Below are positions 1-10,300 of a stretch of DNA of 13,600 nt, one piece after another. Positions within the stretch are counted from its first letter, which is position 1, and the number at the start of each line of letters is the position of its first letter. Made by a program: the position numbers and the translations under genes. The notes below the pieces were generated by a model. The model saw only the letters and a program-made list of their open reading frames with translations, did not search any database and was not told where the DNA came from. Source of the stretch: Chthoniobacteraceae bacterium (lineage in GTDB: Bacteria; Verrucomicrobiota; Verrucomicrobiia; Chthoniobacterales; Chthoniobacteraceae); contig JANNXQ010000015.1 in NCBI GenBank assembly GCA_031409655.1, positions 1 to 13,600 of the forward strand, given 5' to 3'.

Positions 1-707
1 AGGCAGTAGATCGCCGCCGTCTCGGTGCGCAGGATGATCGGCCCCAAAGTGATCGGGCGACAGCCGTGGCTGCGCGCGAGGGAGATTTCCGCCGGGGTAA
101 AATCACCCTCCGGCCCGACGAGGATCAACACCCGCTTTGGCTTTGTCTGGCCGGATTCCGCGAGCACCGTTTTCACCGGCAACGCGCCCGGCTGGAGCGA
201 AGCGATGAGCATGAGGTCATAGCGTTCCCCAGACGCGAAGTATTCCTTCGGGGTCATTGGCCTTGTCACTTGCGGGAGCCAGTTCTGCCCGCACTGCTTC
301 GCCGCCTCGATCGCCACCCGCTGCCACTTGTCCCGCTTCCGCACCGCTTCCTCCGCCTCCGCCTTGACCACCGTGCGCTCACTGAGCAGCGGCGCGATCG
401 CCGACGCCCCGAGTTCCACCGCCTTCTCCACAATGAGGTCCATGTTCTTCCCCTTCGGCACCGCCTGCCCGAGGGTGATGGCACACGCCAGCGGCGGACT
501 CTTCGAGATCTGCAAGACCCGCAGAGTAACCTGCCCTCCCTTGGCCTCCGCGATTTCGCAAGCCGCCTCCGCCCCCTGCCCATTGAAGGCCGAGGCCCGA
601 TCACCTTTCTTCAAGCGGAGCACATCTATGGCGTGATGCGACTCGCCGGGATCGAGGGTGAGACGTTCTGGGTGCCAGGCTTGGGGTGGGATGTAAAAGC
701 GGGACAT
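1..707 (-). CDS. rsmE: 16S rRNA m3U1498 methyltransferase RsmE (3' end runs off the window)
   Basis: Manual translation of the minus strand from ATG at 707 gives MSRFYIPPQAWHPERLTLDPGESHHAIDVLRLKKGD...QAVPKGKNMDLIVEKAVELG...AVSEQCGQN...LILVGPEGDF...ITLGPIILRTETAAIYC. It contains the RsmE/SPOUT motifs H-x3-VLR, KAxELG, EQC, GPEG and LGxxILRxETA. It is missing from the ORF track because there is no stop codon inside the window. Confidence 0.96.
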   Translation of the reverse strand, partial: MSRFYIPPQAWHPERLTLDPGESHHAIDVLRLKKGDRASAFNGQGAEAACEIAEAKGGQVTLRVLQISKSPPLACAITLGQAVPKGKNMDLIVEKAVELGASAIAPLLSERTVVKAEAEEAVRKRDKWQRVAIEAAKQCGQNWLPQVTRPMTPKEYFASGERYDLMLIASLQPGALPVKTVLAESGQTKPKRVLILVGPEGDFTPAEISLARSHGCRPITLGPIILRTETAAIYC

Positions 708-718
708 AGCAGCGGCGC

Positions 719-748
719 ATAGTGCGTTAGATTCCGGCGGCAGGGCAA
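719..748 (-). promoter_or_regulatory. Possible sigma70-like promoter for rsmE
   Basis: The minus strand reads TTGCCC (748-743), an 18-nt spacer, then CACTAT (724-719), ending 11 nt before the ATG. This is only a partial consensus match. Confidence 0.25.
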
Positions 749-787
749 CCCCCCGCGTCGCGAGCGGGAGACGTTTCTTGCGGAGAT

Positions 788-2149
788 TCATTTTGCCCGC
801 AGGAGCTTCTGCATCGCACCCATGAGCACGGGCTCCACCTCGGGCGCGACGCTGGAGGCATTGGGGCCGGCTTCGTAGCCACCTTCCGGATACGCCGCAG
901 CGGTGCCGATGTAACCGGGACCGTAGTCGCCGTAGGCCGCCATCAGCACGTGCAGGTCAGGCCGGAGGGCTTTGGCCGCGAGTTGGTATTCGACGAAGAG
1001 TTCGCCGGGCAGATGCAGCATCCGGGTAGCTCCGACACGCAGGCAGGTAACATCGATCTGATGCCCGGCCTGCACCCGTCGCAACCAAGCGAGTTGATCC
1101 GCAAAGGAGATATAACCTTTGCCCGCCGTGGACTTGATCTTGGTGATCAAGTCCGCCTCGTCGAGATGCCGCGCGATCGGGAGACTTACTGGCTCGCTGT
1201 CCCAACCGAGGTCTTCGGCGGTCAGCGGGAGCTTCTTGGTTTTTTCGTAGGCCTCCCGCATCCCGGCGGCCAGACGGGTGGCGAGGAGGATGCGGTTTTG
1301 CTGCGCGCCGTTGTTATACTTGCCGGCCGCCACATTCCCCCCGGCACCATTGAAATGAAGGTGCAGCGCCGCATTCACATCCTGTCCGCGGATGAAGCGT
1401 GCGATGCCGGGAAAGTCCGGACTGGGAATGCCGAGGCGATAGTAACTTTGCGGATGGCAGGCATAGGCGCTGAGGATGGCCACGGGTTTGTCTCCATTCC
1501 AAAAGCTCAGGAGCGAGACGATGGGGTCGATCTTACCTTCCGGCAGAACGATCAGCTCCTCGATCTTACAACTACTCCCGCGCATCCGCCCCACTGTGCC
1601 ATCGGGCCGCAGCTCGACGCGGCGGTTGGACGCCACTTTCTTCACGATGGCCTCGCCGTAGCCATAGTGGGTGATGGGTTGCGCCGCCGGCAGAGCCGCG
1701 CGGATGGCGGCGGCCGCGCGCTGGATGACGACGCGGTGGAAGTCGCCCTGGAAGCGGGTGTATCCGGCCACGCCGAGTTCCGCGACGATCTTCTCCGCGG
1801 TGAAATCGCAGCCCGGGGCGTCGTGTTGATGCAAAGCATGGACCGCCACGCGCCCCGGCACGGTGCCCGCAGCCTCGGCTAATGCGGAGCGGAAGGCGTC
1901 GTGCCCTTCATTGGCGATGCCGATCCAGTCCACCGCGCAAAGCACGATGGGTGGCCCCGCACCGAGGAGCACGATCCCGCGACAGCGCAGCGTCAGTTCA
2001 TCGACGCGCTTCACCAGATCGTAAGCCATCGCCGACCCGAGCGGCGGCGTGGCATCGACATCAAAGGTGGCGACCTGGACCGCGGGCTGCGCCAGTGCCG
2101 CGAATGGATCGGCGAGCAGGCCGATGAGGATAAGCAGGATGAGTTTCAT
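788..2149 (-). CDS. Secreted hypothetical protein, neutral/alkaline ceramidase N-terminal-like putative metallohydrolase
   Basis: ORF 788..2206, with the start moved to ATG 2149 because [20 protein letters not shown] is a signal peptide. Motifs DVDATPP, lcaVD, HQHDAP (HxH), [26 protein letters not shown] and GYI match my recollection of the ceramidase-like family that is expanded in PVC bacteria. Substrate unknown. Confidence 0.75.
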   Translation of the reverse strand: MKLILLILIGLLADPFAALAQPAVQVATFDVDATPPLGSAMAYDLVKRVDELTLRCRGIVLLGAGPPIVLCAVDWIGIANEGHDAFRSALAEAAGTVPGRVAVHALHQHDAPGCDFTAEKIVAELGVAGYTRFQGDFHRVVIQRAAAAIRAALPAAQPITHYGYGEAIVKKVASNRRVELRPDGTVGRMRGSSCKIEELIVLPEGKIDPIVSLLSFWNGDKPVAILSAYACHPQSYYRLGIPSPDFPGIARFIRGQDVNAALHLHFNGAGGNVAAGKYNNGAQQNRILLATRLAAGMREAYEKTKKLPLTAEDLGWDSEPVSLPIARHLDEADLITKIKSTAGKGYISFADQLAWLRRVQAGHQIDVTCLRVGATRMLHLPGELFVEYQLAAKALRPDLHVLMAAYGDYGPGYIGTAAAYPEGGYEAGPNASSVAPEVEPVLMGAMQKLLRAK

Positions 2150-2328
2150 AGGGTGGTGGAGGGAGAGAGGAGACGATCGCCCAAACTGGCCGCCCCCTTT
2201 TCCCACAACTGACGCTCAAGACCAAGTCCGGCAATAGCGGGCGCAGCGCTCACTCGGCAAAGCGCGCCGGCTTCGTCCTCGCGATTGCTTTCCCGACAGG
2301 CCCCGTCACCTTCCCTGCCCTCTTTCGC

Positions 2329-3561
2329 ATGTCCGACTCCGCGCCACCTCCACCCAGCCGCCCGTGGCGCGTGCTGCGCGGCCCTTTTCTCCGCTACACC
2401 GTCGGCGAATCCATCTCGATGCTCGGGACCTGGATGCAGATGCTGGCCCAAGGGTGGGTCGTTGCCGGACTCACGGGCAGCGCCTTCATGCTCGGGATGA
2501 TGAATTTCGCTTCCGGCATCCCGATGCTCATCTTCACGCTCTGGGGTGGCGTGCTCGCGGATCGCTATGACAAACGCGTGATCGTGATGCTCGCCACAGT
2601 CGTCCAAGCCGCGCTCGCCGTGGCCATCGGTTATCTCGTGAGCACCGGTCAGATCGCGCTCTGGCATGTGCTCACGGCGGGAGTATTGCTCGGGATCGCC
2701 GCGGCTTTTGACATGCCGGCTATCTCCGCGCTGGTGCCGGAACTCGTGGAGAAGGAGGAAATTCCCGCGGCCATCGCGGTCGATCGTTCACTCTTTCACG
2801 CGACGCGCCTCGCGGGTCCGGCGCTCGGTGGTTGGCTCATCGGCACGCTCGGCACGGCGTCGGCCTTTTATGTGAATGCGCTGAGCTTTGGCGCGGTGAT
2901 CGTCGCGCTGGCTACGATCCGCCGACGCCCACCGGGCGATGCAGCCGAGGAGCAGAAGCGGCAGACCGGCATGAAGGAAGGCTTCGCCTACGTGCGCTCG
3001 GATCGTCCGACCACGGCGATGATCCTCCTCCTGACGCTCTCGACGGCCTGCATCTCGCCGTTTTTCATGATCATGTTGCCGCTCTATTCGCGGAATGTGC
3101 TCCACCTTCAGCCGCAGCAGCACGGCCTGCTCATGGCGTGTTCCGGCCTCGGCGCCTTCACCGGATCGGTCTGGCTGCTGTCCATCGCCCGGAATCATCG
3201 CACCGGCTGGCTGCGGATCGCGCTCATCGTCATCGTGCTCGCGATGGCCGCGCTCTCCGCCGCGCAAGGTCTGGCCTGGGCTGCGGTCTGCATGGTCACC
3301 CTCACCCTCGGCACTTCGACGGTCTTCGGCATCGCCAATACCATCGTCCAGGAGCGCGCTCCTGATCACCTCCGCGGGCGGATCTCCGCCGTCGCCGGGC
3401 TGAGCTTTTTCGGGGTGCTGCCCTTTGCCGGCCTGCTCTCCACCGCCATTGCCGATCGCGTGGGGCTGCGCACCGCAATGGCTGGTGCGGCGATCCTCTA
3501 CGGCATCTGCGGTGCGCTGCTCCTCGCTCACCAGCGAAGAGGCGCGGCAACGGCGGCATAA
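2329..3561 (+). CDS. MFS transporter (MFS_3/EntS-like efflux type)
   Basis: 410 aa with about 12 hydrophobic segments. MFS motif A appears as GGVLADRYDKR, and the N-terminal GESISMLGTWMQ, RLAGPALGG and C-terminal PDHLRGR segments are typical of this subfamily. Confidence 0.92.
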   Translation: MSDSAPPPPSRPWRVLRGPFLRYTVGESISMLGTWMQMLAQGWVVAGLTGSAFMLGMMNFASGIPMLIFTLWGGVLADRYDKRVIVMLATVVQAALAVAIGYLVSTGQIALWHVLTAGVLLGIAAAFDMPAISALVPELVEKEEIPAAIAVDRSLFHATRLAGPALGGWLIGTLGTASAFYVNALSFGAVIVALATIRRRPPGDAAEEQKRQTGMKEGFAYVRSDRPTTAMILLLTLSTACISPFFMIMLPLYSRNVLHLQPQQHGLLMACSGLGAFTGSVWLLSIARNHRTGWLRIALIVIVLAMAALSAAQGLAWAAVCMVTLTLGTSTVFGIANTIVQERAPDHLRGRISAVAGLSFFGVLPFAGLLSTAIADRVGLRTAMAGAAILYGICGALLLAHQRRGAATAA

Positions 3562-3670
3562 CTCTTCCTCTTTCTCTTCTTCTTTTTCTTCGTCGTCTTC
3601 TTCTTCCCCCTCATTTTCCCAAGTCGCCGCGATCCTCAGAAGAAGGATGCCAGGGAAGAGGATGAGCAAG
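3562..3670. repeat. Polypyrimidine tract followed by a purine-rich tract (imperfect low-complexity inverted repeat)
   Basis: 3562-3620 has 56 of 59 nt as C/T, built on TCT/TTC triplets and starting immediately after the MFS stop codon. 3638-3670 (AGAAGAAGGATGCCAGGGAAGAGGATGAGCAAG) is purine-rich and partly complementary to it. Confidence 0.6.
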
Positions 3671-3744
3671 CGGACGCCTGCCGAAAGTTCCCCGTTTCCC
3701 TCCCGCCGCGGCTCGCGTATTTCACTCACTGTTTTTTGACTCCC

Positions 3745-6700
3745 ATGCGCCTCCCCTTCGCCGCCATCATCTGCCTTCTCGCCACCTTCGCACCCATCTT
3801 TGCGGATGAAATCGGCGGCACCAGCAAACCGAAGAACGACAAGTATCCCGACGGCGTCTCAAAGGATGACACCGCGGAGATGGCCCTGAAAAAGTTCACC
3901 GTCGCGCCGGGCTTGCAGGTCGAGGTGTGGGCTGCCGAGCCGCTGCTCGCGAATCCCGTGGCGTTGGCCTTCGACGGAAAGGGGCGCGCCTTCGTGGCCG
4001 AGACCTATCGTCGGCGTACTACCGTGCCCGACATCCGCAAGAACGAACCGTGGCGCATCGAAAATCTCGCCCTGCGCACAGTCGAAGAACGCATCGCTTT
4101 CTTCAAAGCCAAGCGCCCGGAGTCCCCGAAGCTCCCGCCGACCAAGGATCTTGCCGACCTGAATGGGGATGGGCAATTCGACTGGCGCGATTGGGAAGTG
4201 GAGAGCGAGCGGATCAAGCTCGTGGTGGACAGCAACGGCGACGGCCAAGCGGACCAGGCGTCCGTTTTCGCTGACGACTTCAAGACGCTGGCCACCGGCA
4301 TCGGCGCAGGCGTCGCCGTCGGAGGCGGCGCGGTTTTCTACACCTGCATCCCGGATGTCTGGCGCCTCGATGGAGAAAAAGACGGCGCGGCCTCGACCCG
4401 GACCAAGCTCTCGACGGGCTACGGCGTTCACTTGGCCTACAGCGGCCACGATATGCACGGACCGAAGATCGGCCCCGATGGCCGACTCTACTGGACGATC
4501 GCGGACTGCGGCGCACACCTGACCACAAAGGAAGGCAAGGTCCTCGCGAATCCCGACAGCGGGGCCGTCTTCCGCTGCGAGCTCGACGGTTCGGGCCTCG
4601 AGATCTTCGCCACCGGTCTGCGCAATCCGCAATCGCTCGCCTTCAACGATGTCGGCGATCTTTTCACCGGCGACAACAATGCCGACGGCGGCGACAAGGC
4701 GCGGTGGACACACCTCGTCGAGGGCGCGGACTACGGCTGGAGCATCGGCTGGCAATTTCTGCCCAAGCTCGGCGCGTGGAATTCCGAAGGCCTGTGGCAG
4801 CTCGATGTCGGCACGAAGCACCTCGCGCTGCTCCCGCCCGTGGGCCACATCGGCCACGGCCCTGGCGGCATCGCGCACTATCCGGGCACGGGTCTGCCGG
4901 ACTCGTATCGCGATCATTTTTTCTACGCGGACTTCCCCGGCGGCGTGCGTGCCTTTGCCCTCCGTCCGCGCGGCGCGAGCTACACGGTGGAAAATCCCGA
5001 CGACGTGCTGCTGGACAATCGGCAGAAGGAGATGACCGGGAAGCTGCTCTGGGGCTTGTTTCCGAGCGATGTGGCGTTTGGCAGCGACGGCGGACTTTAC
5101 GTGCTGGATTGGGTGGAAGGCTGGGAGAAGACGGGCAAAGGGCGCATCTTCCGCGTGCATGATCCTGTGGTCAGTGAAGGACTCCCGGTGCTGGAGACTA
5201 AGCGACTGCTCGCGGAAGATCTGAGCCAGCGCAGCGAGGCGGAGCTGGCGAAGTTGCTCGGCCACGTCGATCAGCGGGTGCGGGTCGCCGCGCAGTTTGC
5301 GCTCGTCGGAAAACCCGGCGGCGCCTCCGCGCTCTCCGGCGTCGCCACGGCGGCCGGTGCGTGGCTGCCGCGCCTCCACGCCATCTGGGGACTCGCGCAA
5401 CTCGCCCGCAAACAACCGGCCAAGGCTGGTGCGCTCCTCGATCCCCTGCTCGCGCTGCTCCCCGACGCGGATTCCGAAGTGCGCGCTCAAGCCGCCAAGG
5501 CTCTCGCCGGGAGCAAAGATCATCTCGTCGGCCCGGCGCTCGTGCAGGCGCTCAAGGATCGCGATCCGCGCGTGCAATTTTTCGCCGCCGAAGCCCTCGC
5601 GCAAGCTCCGCGTGAAAACTCCCTCGCCGAACTCGCGCTCCCCGAGATCTACGCCCTCCTCGCGCGCAATGCCGACGCCGATCCCTACGTCCGCCACGCC
5701 GCCGTGCGCGCCCTCGCTCATTTTGCGGATGCCGAAATGCTCGGGCAACGGGCGCGCGATCTGGCGCTGCCGATTCGCACCGGCGTGCTGCTCGCGTTGC
5801 GCCGACTCGCATCGCCCGAGATCGCCCGCTTCCTCGCGGATGCGGAACCGCAACTCGTCCTCGAAGCCGCGCGCGCCATTCACGACGCGCCCATCGCCGC
5901 AGCCTGGCCGAAGCTCGCCGCGCTCGCCACCCAGCCAAATCTCCCCGAGCCCATCGCCCACCGCGCCGTGAACGTGAACTACCTGCTCGGTGATCAGCCA
6001 TCCGCGACGCGCCTCGCTCGCCTCACCCAAGAGTCCGGGACGCCACCCGAGCGCCGCCTCGCCGCACTCGAGTCGCTGGCGATCTGGAACGCGCCCTTCG
6101 GCCAGGATCGCATCACCGGCCTCTGGCGCGAAATGCCGCCGCGCAGCGCTGCGGTCGGTGGTCGCGAAGCCGCCACGGAGATTCTCCCCGCACTGCTCAA
6201 CGACCGCCACGAAGCCATCCGCCTCGCCGCCGCCGAAACGGCCGGCACATTGAAGCTCACCGCCGCCACGGAAGCGCTCGTCGCCGCCATCGCGAAGTCT
6301 GGCGAAACCGGCGACGTCCGCGCCGCGGCCCTGCGCGCGCTCGGCGCCATGGATTCCCCGAAGCTCGCCGACGGCGTGAAACTCGCCCTCGCGACGCAGG
6401 ACAAACCGCTGCTCGAAGCCGCCCGCGAACTCGCGGCCAAAACCTCGCCCGAAGACGCCGTGACCCTGAACGCCGCCGTGCTCGGCAACGGCTCCACTAC
6501 CGAACAACAACACGCCCTGGCCATCATCGCCGCCCAGCGCATCGCCTCTGCCGACGCCGTGCTCGCCGCGCAACTCGACCGCCTCATTGACGGCAAGCTG
6601 CCGGCGAAATTTCAACTCGATCTCCTCGAAGCCGCCGCGCTGCGCAACGACGAAGCCGTGCAGCAAAAGCTCGCCAACTTCAACGCGTCGCGGAAACTGG

Positions 6701-7158
6701 AAGACCCCCTGGCCGCCTGGCGCGAATGCCTCGAAGGCGGCGACAAGAAAGCGGGCCGCGAGATTTTCGCCGAGAAAGCGGAAGCCGCCTGCCTGCGCTG
6801 CCACAAGGTGAAAGGCGAAGGCGGCGATGTCGGCCCGGACCTCGTCAATCTCGGCCAGCGCCTGAACCGCGAGGCGATCCTGCAATCCATCATCGACCCC
6901 AACGCCGCCATCGCTCCCGGCTACGAAAACGTACTCCTCACGCTGACCAATGGCGAAATCGTCGCGGGCCTCCTGAATGCGGAGACGGAGACGGAGTTCA
7001 CGATCGCCTCGCTGGCCGACGGCAAAAAGCAGCAGGTGAAAAAGTCCGACGTCAAAGAGCGCACCAAAATCCCCAGCTCCATGCCTCCCGGCCTCGGCGA
7101 AGTCCTCGGCAAGCGCGCCTTGCGCGACATCGTCGAGTATCTCGCGACGGTGAAGTAG
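3745..7158 (+). CDS. PVC-type heme-binding protein: glucose/sorbosone-dehydrogenase-like beta-propeller, HEAT repeats and C-terminal CxxCH cytochrome c domain
   Basis: Signal peptide MRLPFAAIICLLATFAPIFA from ATG 3745. The N-terminal F.VAPGLQVEVWAAEPLLANPVALAFDGKGR, GPDGRLY, GLRNP and FTGDN segments are TIGR02604-like. HEAT repeats follow (D.DSEVRAQAA, D.DPRVQFFAA). The C-terminus has CLRCH (6790-6804), GPDL, SIIDPNA.I..GY and SSMP, which is TIGR02603-like. Confidence 0.93.
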   Translation: MRLPFAAIICLLATFAPIFADEIGGTSKPKNDKYPDGVSKDDTAEMALKKFTVAPGLQVEVWAAEPLLANPVALAFDGKGRAFVAETYRRRTTVPDIRKNEPWRIENLALRTVEERIAFFKAKRPESPKLPPTKDLADLNGDGQFDWRDWEVESERIKLVVDSNGDGQADQASVFADDFKTLATGIGAGVAVGGGAVFYTCIPDVWRLDGEKDGAASTRTKLSTGYGVHLAYSGHDMHGPKIGPDGRLYWTIADCGAHLTTKEGKVLANPDSGAVFRCELDGSGLEIFATGLRNPQSLAFNDVGDLFTGDNNADGGDKARWTHLVEGADYGWSIGWQFLPKLGAWNSEGLWQLDVGTKHLALLPPVGHIGHGPGGIAHYPGTGLPDSYRDHFFYADFPGGVRAFALRPRGASYTVENPDDVLLDNRQKEMTGKLLWGLFPSDVAFGSDGGLYVLDWVEGWEKTGKGRIFRVHDPVVSEGLPVLETKRLLAEDLSQRSEAELAKLLGHVDQRVRVAAQFALVGKPGGASALSGVATAAGAWLPRLHAIWGLAQLARKQPAKAGALLDPLLALLPDADSEVRAQAAKALAGSKDHLVGPALVQALKDRDPRVQFFAAEALAQAPRENSLAELALPEIYALLARNADADPYVRHAAVRALAHFADAEMLGQRARDLALPIRTGVLLALRRLASPEIARFLADAEPQLVLEAARAIHDAPIAAAWPKLAALATQPNLPEPIAHRAVNVNYLLGDQPSATRLARLTQESGTPPERRLAALESLAIWNAPFGQDRITGLWREMPPRSAAVGGREAATEILPALLNDRHEAIRLAAAETAGTLKLTAATEALVAAIAKSGETGDVRAAALRALGAMDSPKLADGVKLALATQDKPLLEAARELAAKTSPEDAVTLNAAVLGNGSTTEQQHALAIIAAQRIASADAVLAAQLDRLIDGKLPAKFQLDLLEAAALRNDEAVQQKLANFNASRKLEDPLAAWRECLEGGDKKAGREIFAEKAEAACLRCHKVKGEGGDVGPDLVNLGQRLNREAILQSIIDPNAAIAPGYENVLLTLTNGEIVAGLLNAETETEFTIASLADGKKQQVKKSDVKERTKIPSSMPPGLGEVLGKRALRDIVEYLATVK

Positions 7159-7171
7159 CCGGGATCACCCC

Positions 7172-7281
7172 GGGAGCGCCGCCGTCCCGTGCGGCATCGT
7201 GAATTCGGCGCGCAGCGCCCATCCATTTGGGAATGAAGCTTCGCTTTTGGGAACGATGCCGCACGGGACGGCGGCGCTCCC
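7172..7281. repeat. REPIN-like element: two REP-like palindromes in inverted orientation, also a probable terminator or mRNA-stabilising hairpin
   Basis: Perfect 29-bp inverted repeat GGGAGCGCCGCCGTCCCGTGCGGCATCGT at 7172-7200 and 7253-7281, with a 52-nt spacer. Each arm has a GGAG head and an internal GCCG-N7-CGGC hairpin. Confidence 0.85.
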
Positions 7282-7366
7282 AGCGGGCCAGCGTTCACCG
7301 TTCGCGCTTGCCGCCATTTCCCTCCAATCATTCCCCGGTCGGCAGGTCATCTGCTCATCCCTCCTC

Positions 7367-10300
7367 ATGCGCGCCACTTACCAAACGCTCCTCGTCGCAC
7401 TCGCCCTTTCATCCGCCGCAGCATTTGCGGCCGAGGCTCCGATTGATCCTTCGTTGAAAGAGTTTGTGGAGAAGTTCAAAGGCAAGGGCGCGGTCGGTGA
7501 TCCTTCGCAGAAGGCGCTGGGACCGGAAGAAGCGCTGAAGAATTTCAAAGTCGCCGAGGGCTTCGAGATGCAGCTCGTCGCGGCGGAGCCGCTCATCCGG
7601 CAGCCGCTGAATCTGCACTTCGACGAGCGCGGGCGGCTCTGGGTGGTGCAGTATCTTCAGTATCCTTTCCCCGCCGGACTGAAGATCGTGAATTACGATC
7701 AGTATCTCCGCGCGGTCTTTGACAAAGTGCCCGAGCCGCCACCGCGCGGGACACCGGGCGCGGATAAGATCACAATCCTCGAAGACAAGGACGGCGACGG
7801 CACTTTCGAGTCGAACAAGGATTTCCTCACCGGGCTGAACATCGCCTCCAGCGTCTGCGTGGGGCGCGGCGGAGTCTGGGTGCTGAACCCGCCGTATCTC
7901 CTTTTCTATCCCGACAAGGATCGCGACGACGTGCCGGACGGCGACCCGGAAGTCGCGCTCTCCGGCTTCGGACTCGAGGACACGCACTCCGTGGCGACGA
8001 GCCTGCACTGGGGGCCGGACGGCTGGCTCTACGGCGCGAATGGCAGCACCACGACGGGCACGGTGAAGGGGGTGAAGTGGCTCGGGCAGATGATCTGGCG
8101 GTATCAGCCGGAGTCGAAAGAATTTGAGGTCTTCGCGGAAGGTGGGGGCAACACCATGAGCCTGACCTTCGACCGCCATGGCCGCGCATTCTCCGGGACA
8201 AACTTCGGGGCGACGCGAGGGATGTATTATTCGCAAGGCAGCGCCGGCATCAAAAACTGGGGCAAGCATGGGCCGCTGATGAATCCTTACTCCTTTGGCT
8301 GGTTCGAGCACATGGCGCACGAGGGTTACCAGCCGCGATTCGCGCAGGCCTTCCTGATCTACGAAGGCGGCGCGATGCCGACGCTCGAAGGCGCGGTGAT
8401 CGCGCCGATGTCGCTGATGAATCGGGTGCTCGTCAGTCAGCTCGATCGCGACACCTCGACCTTCCGCACCAAGGACACGCTGACCCTCGTCGAGACCGAG
8501 GACAAAGGCTTCCGCCCGGTGGATGTGCGGCTCGGACCCGATGGCGCAATCTACATGGCCGATTGGTGCGACATCCGCCTCACCCACGTGGACCCGCGCG
8601 ACACTTGGGATCGGTCGAACGGTCGAGTCTATCGGCTCCAGGCAAATGGCGCGCAGCCAGTGAAACCTTTCGACATCGGCAAGCTGAGCGGCCCGGAACT
8701 CATCGCGCTCCTTTCCCATCCGAACCAATGGTGGCGGCAAACGGCGCAGCGCGTCATCGCCGATCAGCACGATGCTTCGCTCGCGCCCGAGCTGCGCGCG
8801 CTCGTGGAAAAAGAACAGGGCCAGCTCGCACTCGAAGCCTTCTGGGCGCTGCGCGGGTGCGGCGGGCTGGATGACGCCTTCTCCACGAAACAACTCGCGC
8901 ATCCCAATCCCAACGTGCGCGCGTGGGCCATCCGGCTCGTGGGCGACAGCCGCAACGTGACGCCCGCGATGCGCGACAAACTCGTGACGCTGGCGCGCAC
9001 CGAGCCGAATGCCGACGTGCGCAGCCAGCTCGCGAGTTCCTGCAAACGCTGGCCCGCTCCCGACGCGCTGCGCATCATCCGCGAGTTGCTGCTCCGCCGC
9101 GAAGACGCCACCGACAAACACCTTCCCCTGCTCCTCTGGTGGGCGCTCGAGAGCAAGACCACCTCCGCGCGCACCGATGTCCTCGCGCTCTTGAAGAAGC
9201 CCGACCTGTGGAAAGAGCCGCTGGTCCGCGGCTTCATCACCGCGCGCCTCGCGCAGCGCTACACCGCCGACCGCACTGCCGCGAATCTCACCGCGTGCGC
9301 GGATTTGCTCGGCTACGCGCCGACTCCGGAAGATGTCGATGTGCTGTTGCGTGGCATGGATGAAGGCCTGCGCGGCAACGCCGTCTCCAACGTGCCCGAC
9401 GCGCTCAAAAAGCGGCTCGCCAAACTTTGGGAAACGCGCCCGCACGATTCCACGATGCTCCGCGTCGCGCTGCGCCTCGGCCACGCGCCCGCCACCGACA
9501 CCGCCATCGCCTCCGTCGCCGACACGACCGTGCCGGAAGCCGAGCGCCGACAACTCGTGAGCGTGCTCGCCGAGCAATCCGTCGCCGCCGCCGTGCCCGT
9601 GCTGCTCACGCGCCTCGCCGCGGAAAAATCCGAGCCCTTCCGGATGGATGTCCTCAATGCCCTCCAGCGTTTCAAAGACGACGCCATCGCCACCACCCTG
9701 CTCGCCGAATGGCCCCGCTTCAGCACGAAACTCCGCGCTTCCGCCTCCGGCATCCTCGCCACGCGCCCCGCCTGGGCGCACGCCCTCCTGCTCGCCGTCG
9801 ACGCCGGCACCGTGAAGCGCGAGCAACTCGCCCCTTCGCACGTCCTCGCCATCCGCCAGCTCGCCGACCCGCGCAATACTCCCCTGCTCGACAAACACTG
9901 GGGCCGGCTCGGACAGACCTCCGCGCAGAAACAGGCCGACATGGACCGCGTCCGAGACATCGTCGCGAAAGGCAAAGGCAGCCCGGAAAAAGGCCGCGCG
10001 CTCTTCATGGCCAGTTGCGGCGCCTGCCACACCCTGCACGGCGAAGGCGGCAAGATCGGCCCCGAGCTCACCGGCTACGAACGCGACAACCTCGACTTCC
10101 TGATCCCCGCCATTGTCGATCCAAGCCTCGGCATCCGCGAAGAATTCACGTCCTTCGTGCTCACCACCACGGACGGCCAGACGCTCACGGGTTACATCGC
10201 GGAAAATCAGCCGCAATCCGTGACCCTCGTCGATCTCGCGCAAAACCGCATCCTCATCCCCCGCGAGCGCATCAAGACCCTCACCGCCTCCGCCATCTCC

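Noticed and set aside
66..722. 218-aa + strand ORF and other short ORFs over 1-722
   Set aside because: They are antisense or off-frame shadows of rsmE, which has clear family motifs on the minus strand.
730..787. Short GC dyad CCCGC-GTCGCGA-GCGGG between the hydrolase gene and rsmE as a terminator
   Set aside because: The stem is short and has no U-tract on the minus strand, so the evidence is insufficient.
2150..2206. N-terminal extension [12 protein letters not shown]... of the 472-aa ORF, and its resemblance to the start of ORF 10652 (MGKGGGQL)
   Set aside because: The signal peptide begins at ATG 2149. The similarity covers only about 20 G-rich nucleotides and is probably chance.
2788..3729. 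313-aa minus ORF with a poly-Glu run
   Set aside because: It is antisense to the MFS gene, and the acidic run is just the translated polypyrimidine tract.
7199..7366. 56-aa N-terminal extension of the second CxxCH protein
   Set aside because: It runs through the REPIN, and the signal peptide starts at ATG 7367.
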